64,000 nt of DNA from Actinomycetaceae bacterium (GTDB taxonomy: Bacteria > Actinomycetota > Actinomycetes > Actinomycetales > Actinomycetaceae), in contig JAQYTG010000017.1 of assembly GCA_028724905.1 (NCBI GenBank), positions 26,963 through 90,962 of the forward strand, given 5' to 3'. Every line of letters begins with the position of its first letter. The stretch's first letter is position 1. Below, in pieces: positions 20,002 through 30,330 of the stretch. The position numbers and the translations under genes are program-made. Below the pieces are notes generated by a model, which was not told the DNA's origin, did not search any database, and worked only from the letters and a program-made list of their open reading frames with translations.

Positions 20002-22908
20002 CTAAGCCGCTGTGCGTAAGCGCAGAGAGTTACCTACCACGATCACGGAGCTACTCGCCATCGCCGCTGCCGCCAAACCTGGAGCTATCACCCCAGCGAG
20101 CGCCAGTGGGATAGCGATGAGGTTGTAGCCGAAAGCCCACGCCAAGTTCTCTTTGATAATTCGCAGCGTGCGCGCCGAAATCCTCAAGGCTGCAGGAATG
20201 AGCCGCAGATCTGAATTCATAATCGTAATATCAGCTGCCGCTTTAGCCACGTCGGTGCCAGCTCCCATAGCCACGGAGAGATCGGCCGCGGCGAGAGCCG
20301 CAGCGTCGTTGACGCCATCTCCAGCCATCAGCACTCGCTCTGCGCGCTCTTGCGCCTCGCGCACGGCAGCTACTTTGCCGTCGGGCAAAATCCCGCCGCG
20401 GGCGTTAATTCCTAGCTGCCGAGCGACGGCCTGGGCAGCTGCGTGGGAATCTCCGGAGATCATCGTGGGGCTCACGCCCAGCTTTTTGAGCTCCTGCATG
20501 GCCTGCGCTGCCTCCGGCCGAATGACGTCCGCCACGCTGATCACGCCCAGCACGCTACCGCCCACGGCCACCACCACGGCGCTCGCCCTGCTCTCCTGGG
20601 CGTGAGCCACCGCGCTCTGCGCCGCACTGGCGTCTATGCCAAGCTCGGCAATCCACTGAGCAGTCCCCACGTACACTGTGTGTTCGCGGATCGGAGGCAT
20701 TGCCGCCATCGGCACGGCTGTAGATTCAGGCGCAGCTGCATCCCGAGCATCCGCCCGAACGCCCTCAGTCTGCGCATCCCCAGCCCAAGCATCCACCTGA
20801 GCGCCTGCCCGAGCGCCAGAACCAGCGCCATCCTGAACTGCAGCTCCAGCGTCAGCCTCAGTATCAAAACCAGCTCCAGAACCAGCTCTTGCCCCAGCGT
20901 CAGCCTCTTCCAGCGCATCCGGCGCGGCAGTTCGCTTGGCAAGCTCCGCCTCAAAGTCGGGGAGCACCAGCACGCTCCCCTGGACGCCTTTCCCCGCCAC
21001 AGCTCGAAAATTCCGCACCGGCAATGCGGCGATGCCTCGCTCCTTCGCCAGAGCCACAACTGCTTGAGCTATCGGATGCTCAGAGCGAGCTTCCAATGCC
21101 AGCGCATATCGCAGCAGCTTATTTTCAGCATTTCTATTGTCCTCAGCATTCCTATTTTCCGTTGCGTGCGCGGCCTGCTTTTCCTCAACATTCACAGCCT
21201 GCATTCCCTCAGGGCACACAGCCTCTGTGGCACACATGGCCTCCCCTACCTGCGTAACTTCCTTCGCGCGTGCAGTCGGCGTTTCCTCTTCCTTCTCTGC
21301 GCACACAGCTGTCTGAGCCTGAGCCTGATCTGCGCTCGGGCTGATCAGACTGATCGAGCACACACGCATGGCACCTTCGGTGAGCGTGCCCGTCTTATCG
21401 AGCAGCGCTATAGAAACTCCACTTGCTCTCTCCAGCACGTCTGGCCCCGCAATCAGAATTCCTCGCCTGCTCGCAGCCCCCGAACCCACCAGCAAAGCGG
21501 TGGGTGTGGCCAGCCCAAGTGCGCAGGGGCAGGCCACTACCAGCACCGTGATGGCACTGGTGAGCGCCATCTCCAGAGGCTGCCCCACAGCCAACCGTAC
21601 TAGCAGATCCAGAGCCGCAATGATCAGCACCGCCGGCACAAACACTGCCGATATTTTGTCGGCAAGACGCTGCACTGGTGCTTTGCCAGTCTGCGCCTCA
21701 GTGAGCAGTCTACCCATCTGGGCAAGGGTAGTTTCTTCACCCACGCGCGTCGCTCGCACCGTGAGCTGACCATAGGTGTTGAGTGTGGCACCGGTGACGG
21801 CACTACCTGCCGTCACGTCCACTGGTACCGACTCTCCCGTGAGCAGCGAGGCATCAACGGCGGATTCTCCTGCGAGCACCACCCCATCTGTGGCGATTTT
21901 CTCTCCTGGTTTCACTAAGAAGACGTCGCCCACACGTAGATCGTCTGCCGGAATCACGGCGTCACCCTCTGTACCGCCGGCAGTGCCGTCACCGCGGGTG
22001 AGCAGGTGCACATTGCGCACCCCTAGTTCCAGCAGCTCTTGCAGAGCATTGCCAGCGCTGCGGCGTGAACGCGCCTCCAGCCAACGGCCAAGCAGTAAGA
22101 ACGTGACGATCATCGCCGCAGATTCAAAATAGACGTGTGGCGCAGCGCCGTGCTGGCCTAAGCTGTGCACCCCACTCATGTGCATCACGTATCCAATGTG
22201 CCCCGCTTCCGTGAAGAACAGAGCCCACAAGCTCCAGACCATTGAGGCGATGACGCCGAGGGATACCAGGGTGTCCATCGTGGAGCTGCCGTGGCGCCCT
22301 GCCCGAAAAGCTGCGCGGTGAAATGGCCAGCCACCGTACACTGCTACGATCAGCGCCGCCAGCGCCACCACCCACTGCCAGCCGCGAAATTGCAGCGGCG
22401 TCACCATCGAGATTCCCACCACGGGAACGCAGAGCACCAGAGATACCCAGAAGCGCCGCCGCAGATCGGCTACCCGTGCCGCCCTAGCCACCTTAGCTCG
22501 ATCCTCGACAGCGCGAGCCGCCTCGGTAGCGCAGGGCGCCGAACGAGTGCCATCTACAGCAATATCCACTCGCCGCAAAAAATCTGCTCCGTAGCCAGCT
22601 TTCTCAACCACTGCGATCAACTCATCATTGGTGATGCCACCCGCCTCAGGAGCTAGCTGCACATGAGCCTTTTCAGTAGCTAGGTTGACGACGGCGGTGA
22701 CGCCAGGCACTTTGTTGAGCTTCTTTTCCACTCGCGCCACGCACGATGCGCACGTCATGCCAGAAATAGCTAGATCGACCTCAGCTACACACTCGGATGC
22801 GGCTGGAGCTTGTGGCGCAGCTGAATTATTCAATGTATCCAATGGTGTATCCAATCCAGAACGCCTCTCCTCTCGTACACTCTCGTGCTCGCCATCTTTT
22901 GTACGCAA
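20002..22908 (-). CDS. copA: Copper-translocating P1B-1 ATPase with large cytoplasmic insertions
   Basis: GMTCASC metal-binding domain, TGES, CPC, DKTGT, HP, GDGVND, YN and MxxSS. Confidence 0.93.
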   Translation of the reverse strand: MRTKDGEHESVREERRSGLDTPLDTLNNSAAPQAPAASECVAEVDLAISGMTCASCVARVEKKLNKVPGVTAVVNLATEKAHVQLAPEAGGITNDELIAVVEKAGYGADFLRRVDIAVDGTRSAPCATEAARAVEDRAKVARAARVADLRRRFWVSLVLCVPVVGISMVTPLQFRGWQWVVALAALIVAVYGGWPFHRAAFRAGRHGSSTMDTLVSLGVIASMVWSLWALFFTEAGHIGYVMHMSGVHSLGQHGAAPHVYFESAAMIVTFLLLGRWLEARSRRSAGNALQELLELGVRNVHLLTRGDGTAGGTEGDAVIPADDLRVGDVFLVKPGEKIATDGVVLAGESAVDASLLTGESVPVDVTAGSAVTGATLNTYGQLTVRATRVGEETTLAQMGRLLTEAQTGKAPVQRLADKISAVFVPAVLIIAALDLLVRLAVGQPLEMALTSAITVLVVACPCALGLATPTALLVGSGAASRRGILIAGPDVLERASGVSIALLDKTGTLTEGAMRVCSISLISPSADQAQAQTAVCAEKEEETPTARAKEVTQVGEAMCATEAVCPEGMQAVNVEEKQAAHATENRNAEDNRNAENKLLRYALALEARSEHPIAQAVVALAKERGIAALPVRNFRAVAGKGVQGSVLVLPDFEAELAKRTAAPDALEEADAGARAGSGAGFDTEADAGAAVQDGAGSGARAGAQVDAWAGDAQTEGVRADARDAAAPESTAVPMAAMPPIREHTVYVGTAQWIAELGIDASAAQSAVAHAQESRASAVVVAVGGSVLGVISVADVIRPEAAQAMQELKKLGVSPTMISGDSHAAAQAVARQLGINARGGILPDGKVAAVREAQERAERVLMAGDGVNDAAALAAADLSVAMGAGTDVAKAAADITIMNSDLRLIPAALRISARTLRIIKENLAWAFGYNLIAIPLALAGVIAPGLAAAAMASSSVIVVGNSLRLRTAA

Positions 22909-23074
22909 TGCGCAGGCTTATGCGTGCCATCCCCCATGCGACCTATCTCTCATACGTGCCAGTCATGCTGCACGATGCGCCTTATGCACGCCAGTCATGC
23001 CGCGCGCTTTATAAGCCTTATGGGTATGAGGAACCCTATGCTGCAACCCTCTACTCACCGCGCAGCAGTGCATT

Positions 23075-23308
23075 TCAACGAGTGATGCTCTCCACCGTAT
23101 ATCCGCCGGCCTCATCCACGGCCTCACGCAGCGCGGCGTCACTCACATCGCCGTCGAGTTCCACACGTACGATGCTCTGCGCACCTGGCTTGAGTTCAAC
23201 GTCCACGCTGCTCACTCCATCGAGCGCTGTGAGCTCTTGTTTCACGTGCATTTCGCAATGCATACACGTCATACCACTGACTTTGAGTTCCACGTTGTTA
23301 TCTGCCAT
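23075..23308 (-). CDS. copZ: Copper chaperone (HMA domain)
   Basis: GMTCMHC in a single HMA domain upstream of copA. ATG at 23308. Confidence 0.9.
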   Translation of the reverse strand: MADNNVELKVSGMTCMHCEMHVKQELTALDGVSSVDVELKPGAQSIVRVELDGDVSDAALREAVDEAGGYTVESITR

Positions 23309-23835
23309 GAGATCCCCTCTCGCATTCTGGTATCGCTCCGCGCGTTCGTAGCGCACTGCGTCGCGTTCTGCAACTGCGTGACGGCAACGGCTGCGTTACA
23401 CCGCATTTCTGACGGCGATGCGCTGCGTATTGCCGCCTTCGCCCGCCTGCAAGCCGATTTCTGCATACCACTGCAAGCAGCGGCAAACCGGTTTATTGCC
23501 GGCTCTCACATCGCTTCGGCCAGCTTTGTACGCTCAACGCCACGGTCTTTACGGTCTTTCTCCATTCAGCGCCACGGCGCTAGCGTACTGGCGTCGCTAC
23601 CAATGCCGGCATCTTTTACACTCACTTTCTCATTCCTCTGCCGACGCGCATCTACCGGTCATACCAGTTATACCGGCTACACCGGCATTGCCACGCACTC
23701 CCCACGGAACTTTTCGCTCCCCACGGAGCTTTTATGTACTCGTGCGAACGCACACCTCCCCACAGGTATTCCGCTGCCCCTATCAGCACGTGTACCCCTA
23801 CCCGCACGCGCAGCACATCGGTATGCTAGCAAGCG

Positions 23836-24729
23836 ATGGATACACACTCACGCACTGGCGATTCACCGAGCCACCGCCGTCACCACTGGCGCCTTCCGCT
23901 ATCTCGCCTGGCCATTTTCCCGCAGCAATTAGCCAGATTCACCTGGATTCAGCTGCAGTGCTGCCTCTTTCCTGGTTTAATTTTCTTCGGCCTGGTCGCC
24001 GCACATTTCATCTGGGGGCGCTTCAGCCCACCGATCGCACGCTACGATGCACTGCTGATCTACGTGGTGATTGTGCAGATCGCTTTCGTCGTGTTCAAAC
24101 TTGAGACGTGGCGTGAACTGCTGGTGATCTGCGCTTTCCACCTCATCGGGCTGGCACTCGAAATTTTCAAGACCCACATGGGCTCGTGGAGCTATCCCGA
24201 TCCAGGAGTGGTAAAACTCCTCGGCGTCCCGATTTTCAGCGGCTTTATGTATGCCTCAGTCGGCTCGTACATCTGCCAAGCGTTCCGGCGCTTTGATCTG
24301 CGCATCAACCGCTTTCACTGGCTCGCCGTTTCGCTCCTGGCAGTGGCGGCATACGCAAATTTCTACACCCATCATTGGATTCCCGATATGCGTTGGTGGA
24401 TCGCAGTAGGGTTCGTGATCGCGCTGTGGCCTAGCCGAATTTTCTTCACCGTCGGCCGCGAGCGCTACTGGATGCCTGCTGCCGTCAGCTTCGTTTTGAT
24501 TGGAGCATTTCTCTGGCTGGCAGAAAATGGTGCTACATTCTTAGGCGCATGGGCATACCCAGGGCAGGAAAACGGATGGGAGATGGTACACGTGGGCAAA
24601 CTCGGCTCATGGAGCTTACTCATCTCGCTCAGTTTTGTGCTGGTGGCGGCAGTGAAGGTGTGGGAGGGACGTTTCTATAGCGACGCCCACGGACGCGTGA
24701 GCACCGACGACTCCGCAAAACATACGTGA
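23836..24729 (+). CDS. DUF817 family membrane protein
   Basis: RYDALL, FHLIGLALEIFK, SGFMYASVGSY, AENxATFLGAWxYP and KLGSWSLL. The true start is probably downstream of 23836. Confidence 0.85.
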   Translation: MDTHSRTGDSPSHRRHHWRLPLSRLAIFPQQLARFTWIQLQCCLFPGLIFFGLVAAHFIWGRFSPPIARYDALLIYVVIVQIAFVVFKLETWRELLVICAFHLIGLALEIFKTHMGSWSYPDPGVVKLLGVPIFSGFMYASVGSYICQAFRRFDLRINRFHWLAVSLLAVAAYANFYTHHWIPDMRWWIAVGFVIALWPSRIFFTVGRERYWMPAAVSFVLIGAFLWLAENGATFLGAWAYPGQENGWEMVHVGKLGSWSLLISLSFVLVAAVKVWEGRFYSDAHGRVSTDDSAKHT

Positions 24730-25029
24730 CGCCAGTGCCCACTTTCTTTTACCCGCATCTATAATTCTGCAGCTAACAGTTTTGTGCTGGCAGTTTTCTT
24801 GCGAGATAGCGTTGAGCACGAGAGAGCAGAACTTCACAGCTGGATCTGCAAAGCTGCACCTGTGCTAAGGCACAACCAAATAGCCGCATAGATACCATAG
24901 ATACCAGTGTCGATACGCCACACAAACTGCCCTGCGAGCTAGTGACTCCAGCAGCTAACTGGTGGGCTGCTCCCGCTTAGCTGCCAGCCACTTATCCGCC
25001 CATGGGCAGCTTGCCGATGAGCTAGCCCA

Positions 25030-25875
25030 TTATCTCAGTGAATACCGTTTACGCAGAGTTTGCACCGTGACGATTGCCATCGCCACGAGCAAGATGAGCA
25101 TGGTGATCAGCATTCCCACTGGGAAAGTGTCTTGATATTCGAGCGTGCCAATACTCACTGGTACAAAGCCAATATCCACGCCGACGCCTTGCACATCGAC
25201 ACCTTCGGGAAACTTGATGCGCAACCCCAGCGGAAGGAGAAGCCCAGCCAGCGATATCAGATTGCGGGCAGCCCACGCCAGCGCCATCATCAGCACGATA
25301 CCGCCGTAGGAGCCGAATTTTGCAAGCCGCTCACTTCGCCCGAGAGTGACGGCAAAAGCTCCTTCCACCGCGAGAGAGAGTACTTCAAACAGTGCGAATG
25401 CGCATAGCAGCGCTACTAGACCTGGATGATCGGCCATAAATTCACCGATCATATCTGGCCCGTGCTGCCAGATCCGCTGGCTCATAGGATACTCACTGCG
25501 CCCATTAATTTCAGCGAATATAGAAAAGCACGCCACTATCGCCACCATCACGCTCACAAACATAGACACAACTGCCCACACCAGTTTCACCGCGTAGTGC
25601 CACCCCAGAGATACTGGCGTACTCACCGTAAAAGCTGCCAGCGAGCCGTGCATAGATCGGAAATAACTCACCAGTAGCACTACACACGTCAGCACCGCCC
25701 CAGCGCCTGCGCAGAGCACCACCAGTACCTGCGCACCTATAATCACGCCCGCATTCCAACTCGGCGGAAGATAGCCCAAAGCAGTGCCAAGTACTAGACA
25801 AGCCACCTGCGCCAGCACAATTCCCATCACAGCGCGTCCATTGAGACGCCATTCGTGTTTTATAAGCATAGCCAT
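25030..25875 (-). CDS. ABC-2-type transporter permease
   Basis: Six hydrophobic segments and an LIKHEW start. Coupled to the ATPase by a TGATG overlap. Confidence 0.8.
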   Translation of the reverse strand: MAMLIKHEWRLNGRAVMGIVLAQVACLVLGTALGYLPPSWNAGVIIGAQVLVVLCAGAGAVLTCVVLLVSYFRSMHGSLAAFTVSTPVSLGWHYAVKLVWAVVSMFVSVMVAIVACFSIFAEINGRSEYPMSQRIWQHGPDMIGEFMADHPGLVALLCAFALFEVLSLAVEGAFAVTLGRSERLAKFGSYGGIVLMMALAWAARNLISLAGLLLPLGLRIKFPEGVDVQGVGVDIGFVPVSIGTLEYQDTFPVGMLITMLILLVAMAIVTVQTLRKRYSLR

Positions 25876-26582
25876 CACTTCCCCTCCCATCGGTACATCT
25901 GCCTGAAGAGCCCATCGAGGCTCACACCGTATTCACTGCGCAGTTCGTCTGCATCGCCAGCGAGCCGAACCGTACCCGCGTGCATAAAGACGGCATGGCT
26001 CACGATCGCCTCGATATCCTGAATCAGATGGGTGGATATCAGCATCGTGGAATGTTCAGGCAGATCGGCGAGAATACCGTGCAAAATCTGATCACGAGCC
26101 GCAGGATCCACGCCCGAGAGCGGCTCATCGAAGAAGTAGAAATCTGCTTCCCGAGCTATTGCCATTGCAATTTGCAGCTTTTCACGCTGCCCTTTAGAGA
26201 GCCGTGCCGCTGGCCGATCCAGAGGTACCTGGAAATAATGCAGCTTCTCCACAGCACGATCTATGTTGAAATCTGCGAAAAAATCCGCGTACATCTGAGC
26301 TACTTGCCGGCCATTGAGCCGCGCTGGAGAAGCGCTAGCATCTGGCAAAAAACTCGTATGTGCTTTCGTAGGCAATCCTGGCCGCTGCCCGTTGAGAGCT
26401 ACCTCCCCTTCATAATCCAGCATCACGCCGGAGAGAATTTTGAGCAGCGTGGTTTTCCCAGAGCCATTTTCTCCCATCAGACCAACGATCTGCCCCGCCG
26501 GAATGTCGAGGTCTACGTCGTTAATTGCGCGCACGTTTCCAAAACTCTTGGTCAGGTGCGCAACGTGAATCTCATTACTCAT
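25875..26582 (-). CDS. ABC transporter ATP-binding protein (YtrB-like)
   Basis: GENGSGKTT, LSKGQ, FFFDEP and ISTH. TGATG overlap with gntR. Confidence 0.92.
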   Translation of the reverse strand: MSNEIHVAHLTKSFGNVRAINDVDLDIPAGQIVGLMGENGSGKTTLLKILSGVMLDYEGEVALNGQRPGLPTKAHTSFLPDASASPARLNGRQVAQMYADFFADFNIDRAVEKLHYFQVPLDRPAARLSKGQREKLQIAMAIAREADFYFFDEPLSGVDPAARDQILHGILADLPEHSTMLISTHLIQDIEAIVSHAVFMHAGTVRLAGDADELRSEYGVSLDGLFRQMYRWEGK

Positions 26583-26974
26583 CAGTCCTCCCCTTTCTCT
26601 GAGGTGAGAGTCCACTCTTGTTGAATGAATCGTTGTGCCCGTTCACGGCTCACTCCGAGGCTGCGCATACGCGCCACAAATTCCCGTGCGTACACGGCGG
26701 CAAGCTCGGCGAGCGTAGCTGCAATGAGGTCACTATCGCGAGTCACAAAACGCCCTGCTGTGCTCTGCGCAACGAGTAACCCCCGCTCGTGTAGCGCCGT
26801 AAGCGCTTTTTGCACTGTGGCTGGATTGACGCCGACGTCTACAGCGAGCGCGCGCACACTCGGCACGCGACTTCCAGGCTCCCATTCTCCGATAGCGATC
26901 AATCGTGAAAACTCGTCCACAAGCTGATCGCCCAGCGGTTTATTGGGATCGAGTTGATGTGCGATCGGAGCCAT
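26582..26974 (-). CDS. GntR-family regulator, YtrA subfamily
   Basis: wHTH PSVRALA..VNPATVQKA..L plus a short C-terminal helix (130 aa). It heads an ABC operon; SD AAGGAGG. Confidence 0.9.
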   Translation of the reverse strand: MAPIAHQLDPNKPLGDQLVDEFSRLIAIGEWEPGSRVPSVRALAVDVGVNPATVQKALTALHERGLLVAQSTAGRFVTRDSDLIAATLAELAAVYAREFVARMRSLGVSRERAQRFIQQEWTLTSEKGED

Positions 26975-27326
26975 CAACACCTCCTTTGTGCTTGTATACA
27001 CCCAACTTGTATGCACCCAGATACTGCCGTACTTCCATGTATGTGCTCATGCAGCGCCGACCACCGCTACGGCAATGCCGTCACAGCCACCACCGTGTCG
27101 GCAGCGAGCAATGAGTGCACCGCGTAAGCAGCTAATAATGCCGCAAAGCAGCACGTAGCAGTAGGAAGCAACCACCAACAACACGCAAGGCAGTTGGCAG
27201 TATCAGGCAGTAGCTGGCTCTACCATGTGAGAGCCGACACCTACCGTTTTAGATGAGGATAGCGGTGACGCCAGAAGCGATTCCCACTGCGCCCACCCAA
27301 GGCAAGTGCCGTATGTCAGTTCGAAC

Positions 27327-27369
27327 TGTATTAGTACAGTAACACAAATTGTATTAGTGGAGCAATACA
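27327..27369. promoter_or_regulatory. Two tandem YtrA-type operators overlapping a candidate promoter of the gntR-ABC operon
   Basis: TGTATTAGTACAGTAACACA (27327-27346) and TGTATTAGTGGAGCAATACA (27350-27369), both of the TGTA-N12-(T/C)ACA form. On the minus strand, TTGCTC-N18-TACTGT with an extended TGn -10. Confidence 0.7.
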
Positions 27370-27443
27370 GATGCGAAAAGAGCGGTAATCTGGGAATCAC
27401 GCCGCCAACCAGCAGCAAGCAGGAAGTTCAGAGGCTACCGGAA

Positions 27444-28136
27444 TCAGCTTCGACGGTTTCGCTGCACTCGCCTTACAATCCACACAACGCACACGATGAG
27501 CACTAAGGCAATGAAAATCTTCGAGAAGAGCGAGCCATACTGCTCTACAATGTGCCAGTTCTCTCCGAGCACATATCCGGCACTCACAAGAATGACGTTC
27601 CAAATCAAAGAGCCTGCTGCCGTATAGAGGATGAACTGCCACAGATGCATTTTCACCACGCCAGCAGGCAAGGAAATCAAGCAGCGAAAGACGGGAAGCA
27701 TCCGCCCGAAAAACACCGTAGGTTTCGAGTGTTTATCGAAAAAAGCCTCAGTTTTGTTGATGTCTTCTATATCGAGCAGCGGCACTTTTGCCATCCAGCG
27801 GCGGGTGCGCTCTCGGCCAAACTTGTACGCCAAACCATAGAGCACCAGCGAGCCACACACCGCCCCTATCGTGGCCGTCACAACCGCAGCAATCACGCCA
27901 AATCCCGTGCCTCGGCTGGCCGTAAAGCCAGCAAGCGGCAGCACGATCTCACTGGGCACAAAAGGCAAAATGTTCTCAAGCGTCGTCAAGAAAAGAACCG
28001 CGCCTAAGCCCAGCGTATCCATGATGTTCACCACCCAGTCGGTAAAACTGGTGAGCAAACTACCTGATGTAGCCCCCGCATCAGATCCCGCCGCGGAGCT
28101 GGCGGCAAACATAACTGGCATCAAAACTGCAAACAT
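27444..28136 (-). CDS. dedA: DedA family membrane protein
   Basis: LEN..PFVPSEIVLPLAG, FFGRMLPVFR..ISLPAG and F..YTAAGS. Confidence 0.92.
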   Translation of the reverse strand: MFAVLMPVMFAASSAAGSDAGATSGSLLTSFTDWVVNIMDTLGLGAVLFLTTLENILPFVPSEIVLPLAGFTASRGTGFGVIAAVVTATIGAVCGSLVLYGLAYKFGRERTRRWMAKVPLLDIEDINKTEAFFDKHSKPTVFFGRMLPVFRCLISLPAGVVKMHLWQFILYTAAGSLIWNVILVSAGYVLGENWHIVEQYGSLFSKIFIALVLIVCVVWIVRRVQRNRRS

Positions 28137-28350
28137 AGCCCTATTCAACCTGAGATCACTGAAAATTAACTGAATACACCAGAAATAGGCAAAGAAGTGC
28201 TGCCTTTCATACAGCTTTCATATCGCATAGCATAGCCCTCATGTTCACGTCGCAGATCGCAGAACCCTCACGCGCACTACATTGCCCTCACGTGCACACA
28301 CGGCACCCGCAGATGCCCGTTGCCTAGAGATCCTCAACGTCTAGCGAGCC

Positions 28351-29793
28351 TCAACGCAGAAACTCCACAAGCTGCTGCGCCAAACCGGTGTAGCTAGCTG
28401 GCGTCAAACGCAACAAACGCTCTTCCAGTTCAGCAGGCATATTCAGTCCTTGAATAAACTCGCGCATCTGCTGCGCCGTGACGGCGTGCCCGCGCGTAAG
28501 TTCCTTGAGCCGCTCATACGGATCACCCATCCCTTGAGCACCGGCAATAGCCTCTGCCCGCATCGCCTGTTGAATAGGCTCCCCAAGCACTTCCCACGCA
28601 GCATCGAGGTCTTCAGCTAGACGCACGGAATTGACATCCAGCCCCGCCACGCCTCGGCGCAAGTTGCTGATCGCCAGCAGCGAATGGCCAAAGGCAACGC
28701 CGATATTTCGCTGAGTGGTGGAATCCGTGAGATCGCGCTGCATCCTTGACGTCACCAACGTGGCAGAGAGCGTATCAAAGAGAGCACAGGAGATTTCGAT
28801 ATTCGCCTCCGCATTCTCAAACCGAATCGGATTCACTTTGTGCGGCATAGTAGAGCTACCCGTGGAGCCTTGTGCTGCGAGATTCTGATGGAAATAGCCC
28901 TTGGAAATATACGTCCAGAAATCGGTGGCGAGGTTGTGAGCGATGCGGTTGAAGTGCGCCACCGCACCGAAAAGTTCAGCATCCCAATCATGCGATTCAA
29001 TCTGGGTGGTGAGCGGATTCCACTCCAGGCCGAGGCTGCGCACAAAATCGCGCGAGAGACTGATCCAATCCGCGCTCGGCACGGCCACTGAATGCGCCCC
29101 ATACGTGCCCGTAGCACCGTTGATTTTTCCGAGATATTCTTGCTCCCTCACCCGCCGCAGCTGCCGGTCGAGCCGCCACGCAAAGACGGCCACCTCTTTG
29201 CCGAGCGTGGTAGGCGTGGCGTGCTGGCCATGAGTGTGCGAGAGCATCGGCTCTCCCGCATACTCGCGAGCCAAATCTGAAAGCTGATCAACGAAAGCCT
29301 GCGCTGCAGGCAGCCACACATTCTCCACGCCGTCACGAATCACCAGCGCATAGGCAAGATTGTTGATATCTTCGCTAGTGCAGAAAATATGCACAATCTC
29401 GTGGAGTTGCGTGAGTGCCGTCTCTTCGCCCAGCAGCTCACCATCCACAATCGCATTCGGCGCGGCATCGAGACGGCGCTTGAGGTAGTATTCCACGGCC
29501 TTCACATCGTGCTTGGTCTGAGCCTCAATCTGCGCCAGCTCAGCTATATCCGCTGAACCAAAGTTTTCCGGCAGCAAGCGCAGATACGTTTTCTCTCGCT
29601 GCGTGAGAGCGGGCGCACCCGCAAGCACCTGCCGCTCTAACAAAAAGATCAGCCACTCCACTTCCACCTTGACGCGCGCTCTATTGAGAGCAGCCTCAGA
29701 GAAGTAGTCTACGAGCGAGGCAGTCTCCGCGCGGTAGCGGCCATCGAGTGGCCCAAGGGCAATAGCGGGTTGGATATCAGCGAGTTTTTGCAT
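28351..29793 (-). CDS. purB: Adenylosuccinate lyase
   Basis: HDVKAVEY, CTSEDINN, THGQHATPTT, GSSTMPHKVNP and SRMQRDLTDST. Confidence 0.97.
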   Translation of the reverse strand: MQKLADIQPAIALGPLDGRYRAETASLVDYFSEAALNRARVKVEVEWLIFLLERQVLAGAPALTQREKTYLRLLPENFGSADIAELAQIEAQTKHDVKAVEYYLKRRLDAAPNAIVDGELLGEETALTQLHEIVHIFCTSEDINNLAYALVIRDGVENVWLPAAQAFVDQLSDLAREYAGEPMLSHTHGQHATPTTLGKEVAVFAWRLDRQLRRVREQEYLGKINGATGTYGAHSVAVPSADWISLSRDFVRSLGLEWNPLTTQIESHDWDAELFGAVAHFNRIAHNLATDFWTYISKGYFHQNLAAQGSTGSSTMPHKVNPIRFENAEANIEISCALFDTLSATLVTSRMQRDLTDSTTQRNIGVAFGHSLLAISNLRRGVAGLDVNSVRLAEDLDAAWEVLGEPIQQAMRAEAIAGAQGMGDPYERLKELTRGHAVTAQQMREFIQGLNMPAELEERLLRLTPASYTGLAQQLVEFLR

Positions 29794-30330
29794 AGCCCCT
29801 ATTGTTTCACGCCGGAGCGCACATCGAATCAGTGTTCACTCTTTGAACGGAGACGTCTCATTTTCCAGACGATCCAAAGCGATACGGCGTCTACTTAGGC
29901 AGCTCCGCGCCTTGCGGGCAATCCGCTACGCCGCTCGCTATTCCCCTGGGCTGCTCTCCTGGGCTGCTCATCTGCACGCATCTGTGAACTCTTCTTCTGA
30001 GTGAACTCTTCTTCTAGCTCCGCGCTCACAATGCGAACTTGAGGCAGCGCCTCTCCCCCTCTAGTTTCCTACCTGCACTCCTCTCCTCTCCTGGTTTCCT
30101 ATCTACACCCCGCTCTGACCTCCTCCCCCGAACTCCGCTTCGCTCGTTCACCCGCCGTCACCACATACACGTCACCACATATATCTGGCCCTGCCTGCTC
30201 TGGCTTCCCCGCCCGTTCCAACGGCTCCTCCGCCTGCTTGGGTATCCTCTGCCTACTTCTGCCTTTCCTGCTTTCAAGCGTTGGCACTCGCTGCACGGCT
30301 TTATTGTGCGAGCATTGCTTGCGGTGGTCT

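Noticed and set aside
23752-23769. CsoR-like operator (ATACC-TGTGGGGA-GGTGT on the minus strand)
   Set aside because: Imperfect arms, spacer one base longer than usual, ~440 bp from copZ, and no csoR in the window.
28150-28180. ttcagt direct repeat upstream of dedA as an OmpR-type box
   Set aside because: Only two short matches at 11-bp spacing, and the third is out of phase. It is too weak without conservation data.
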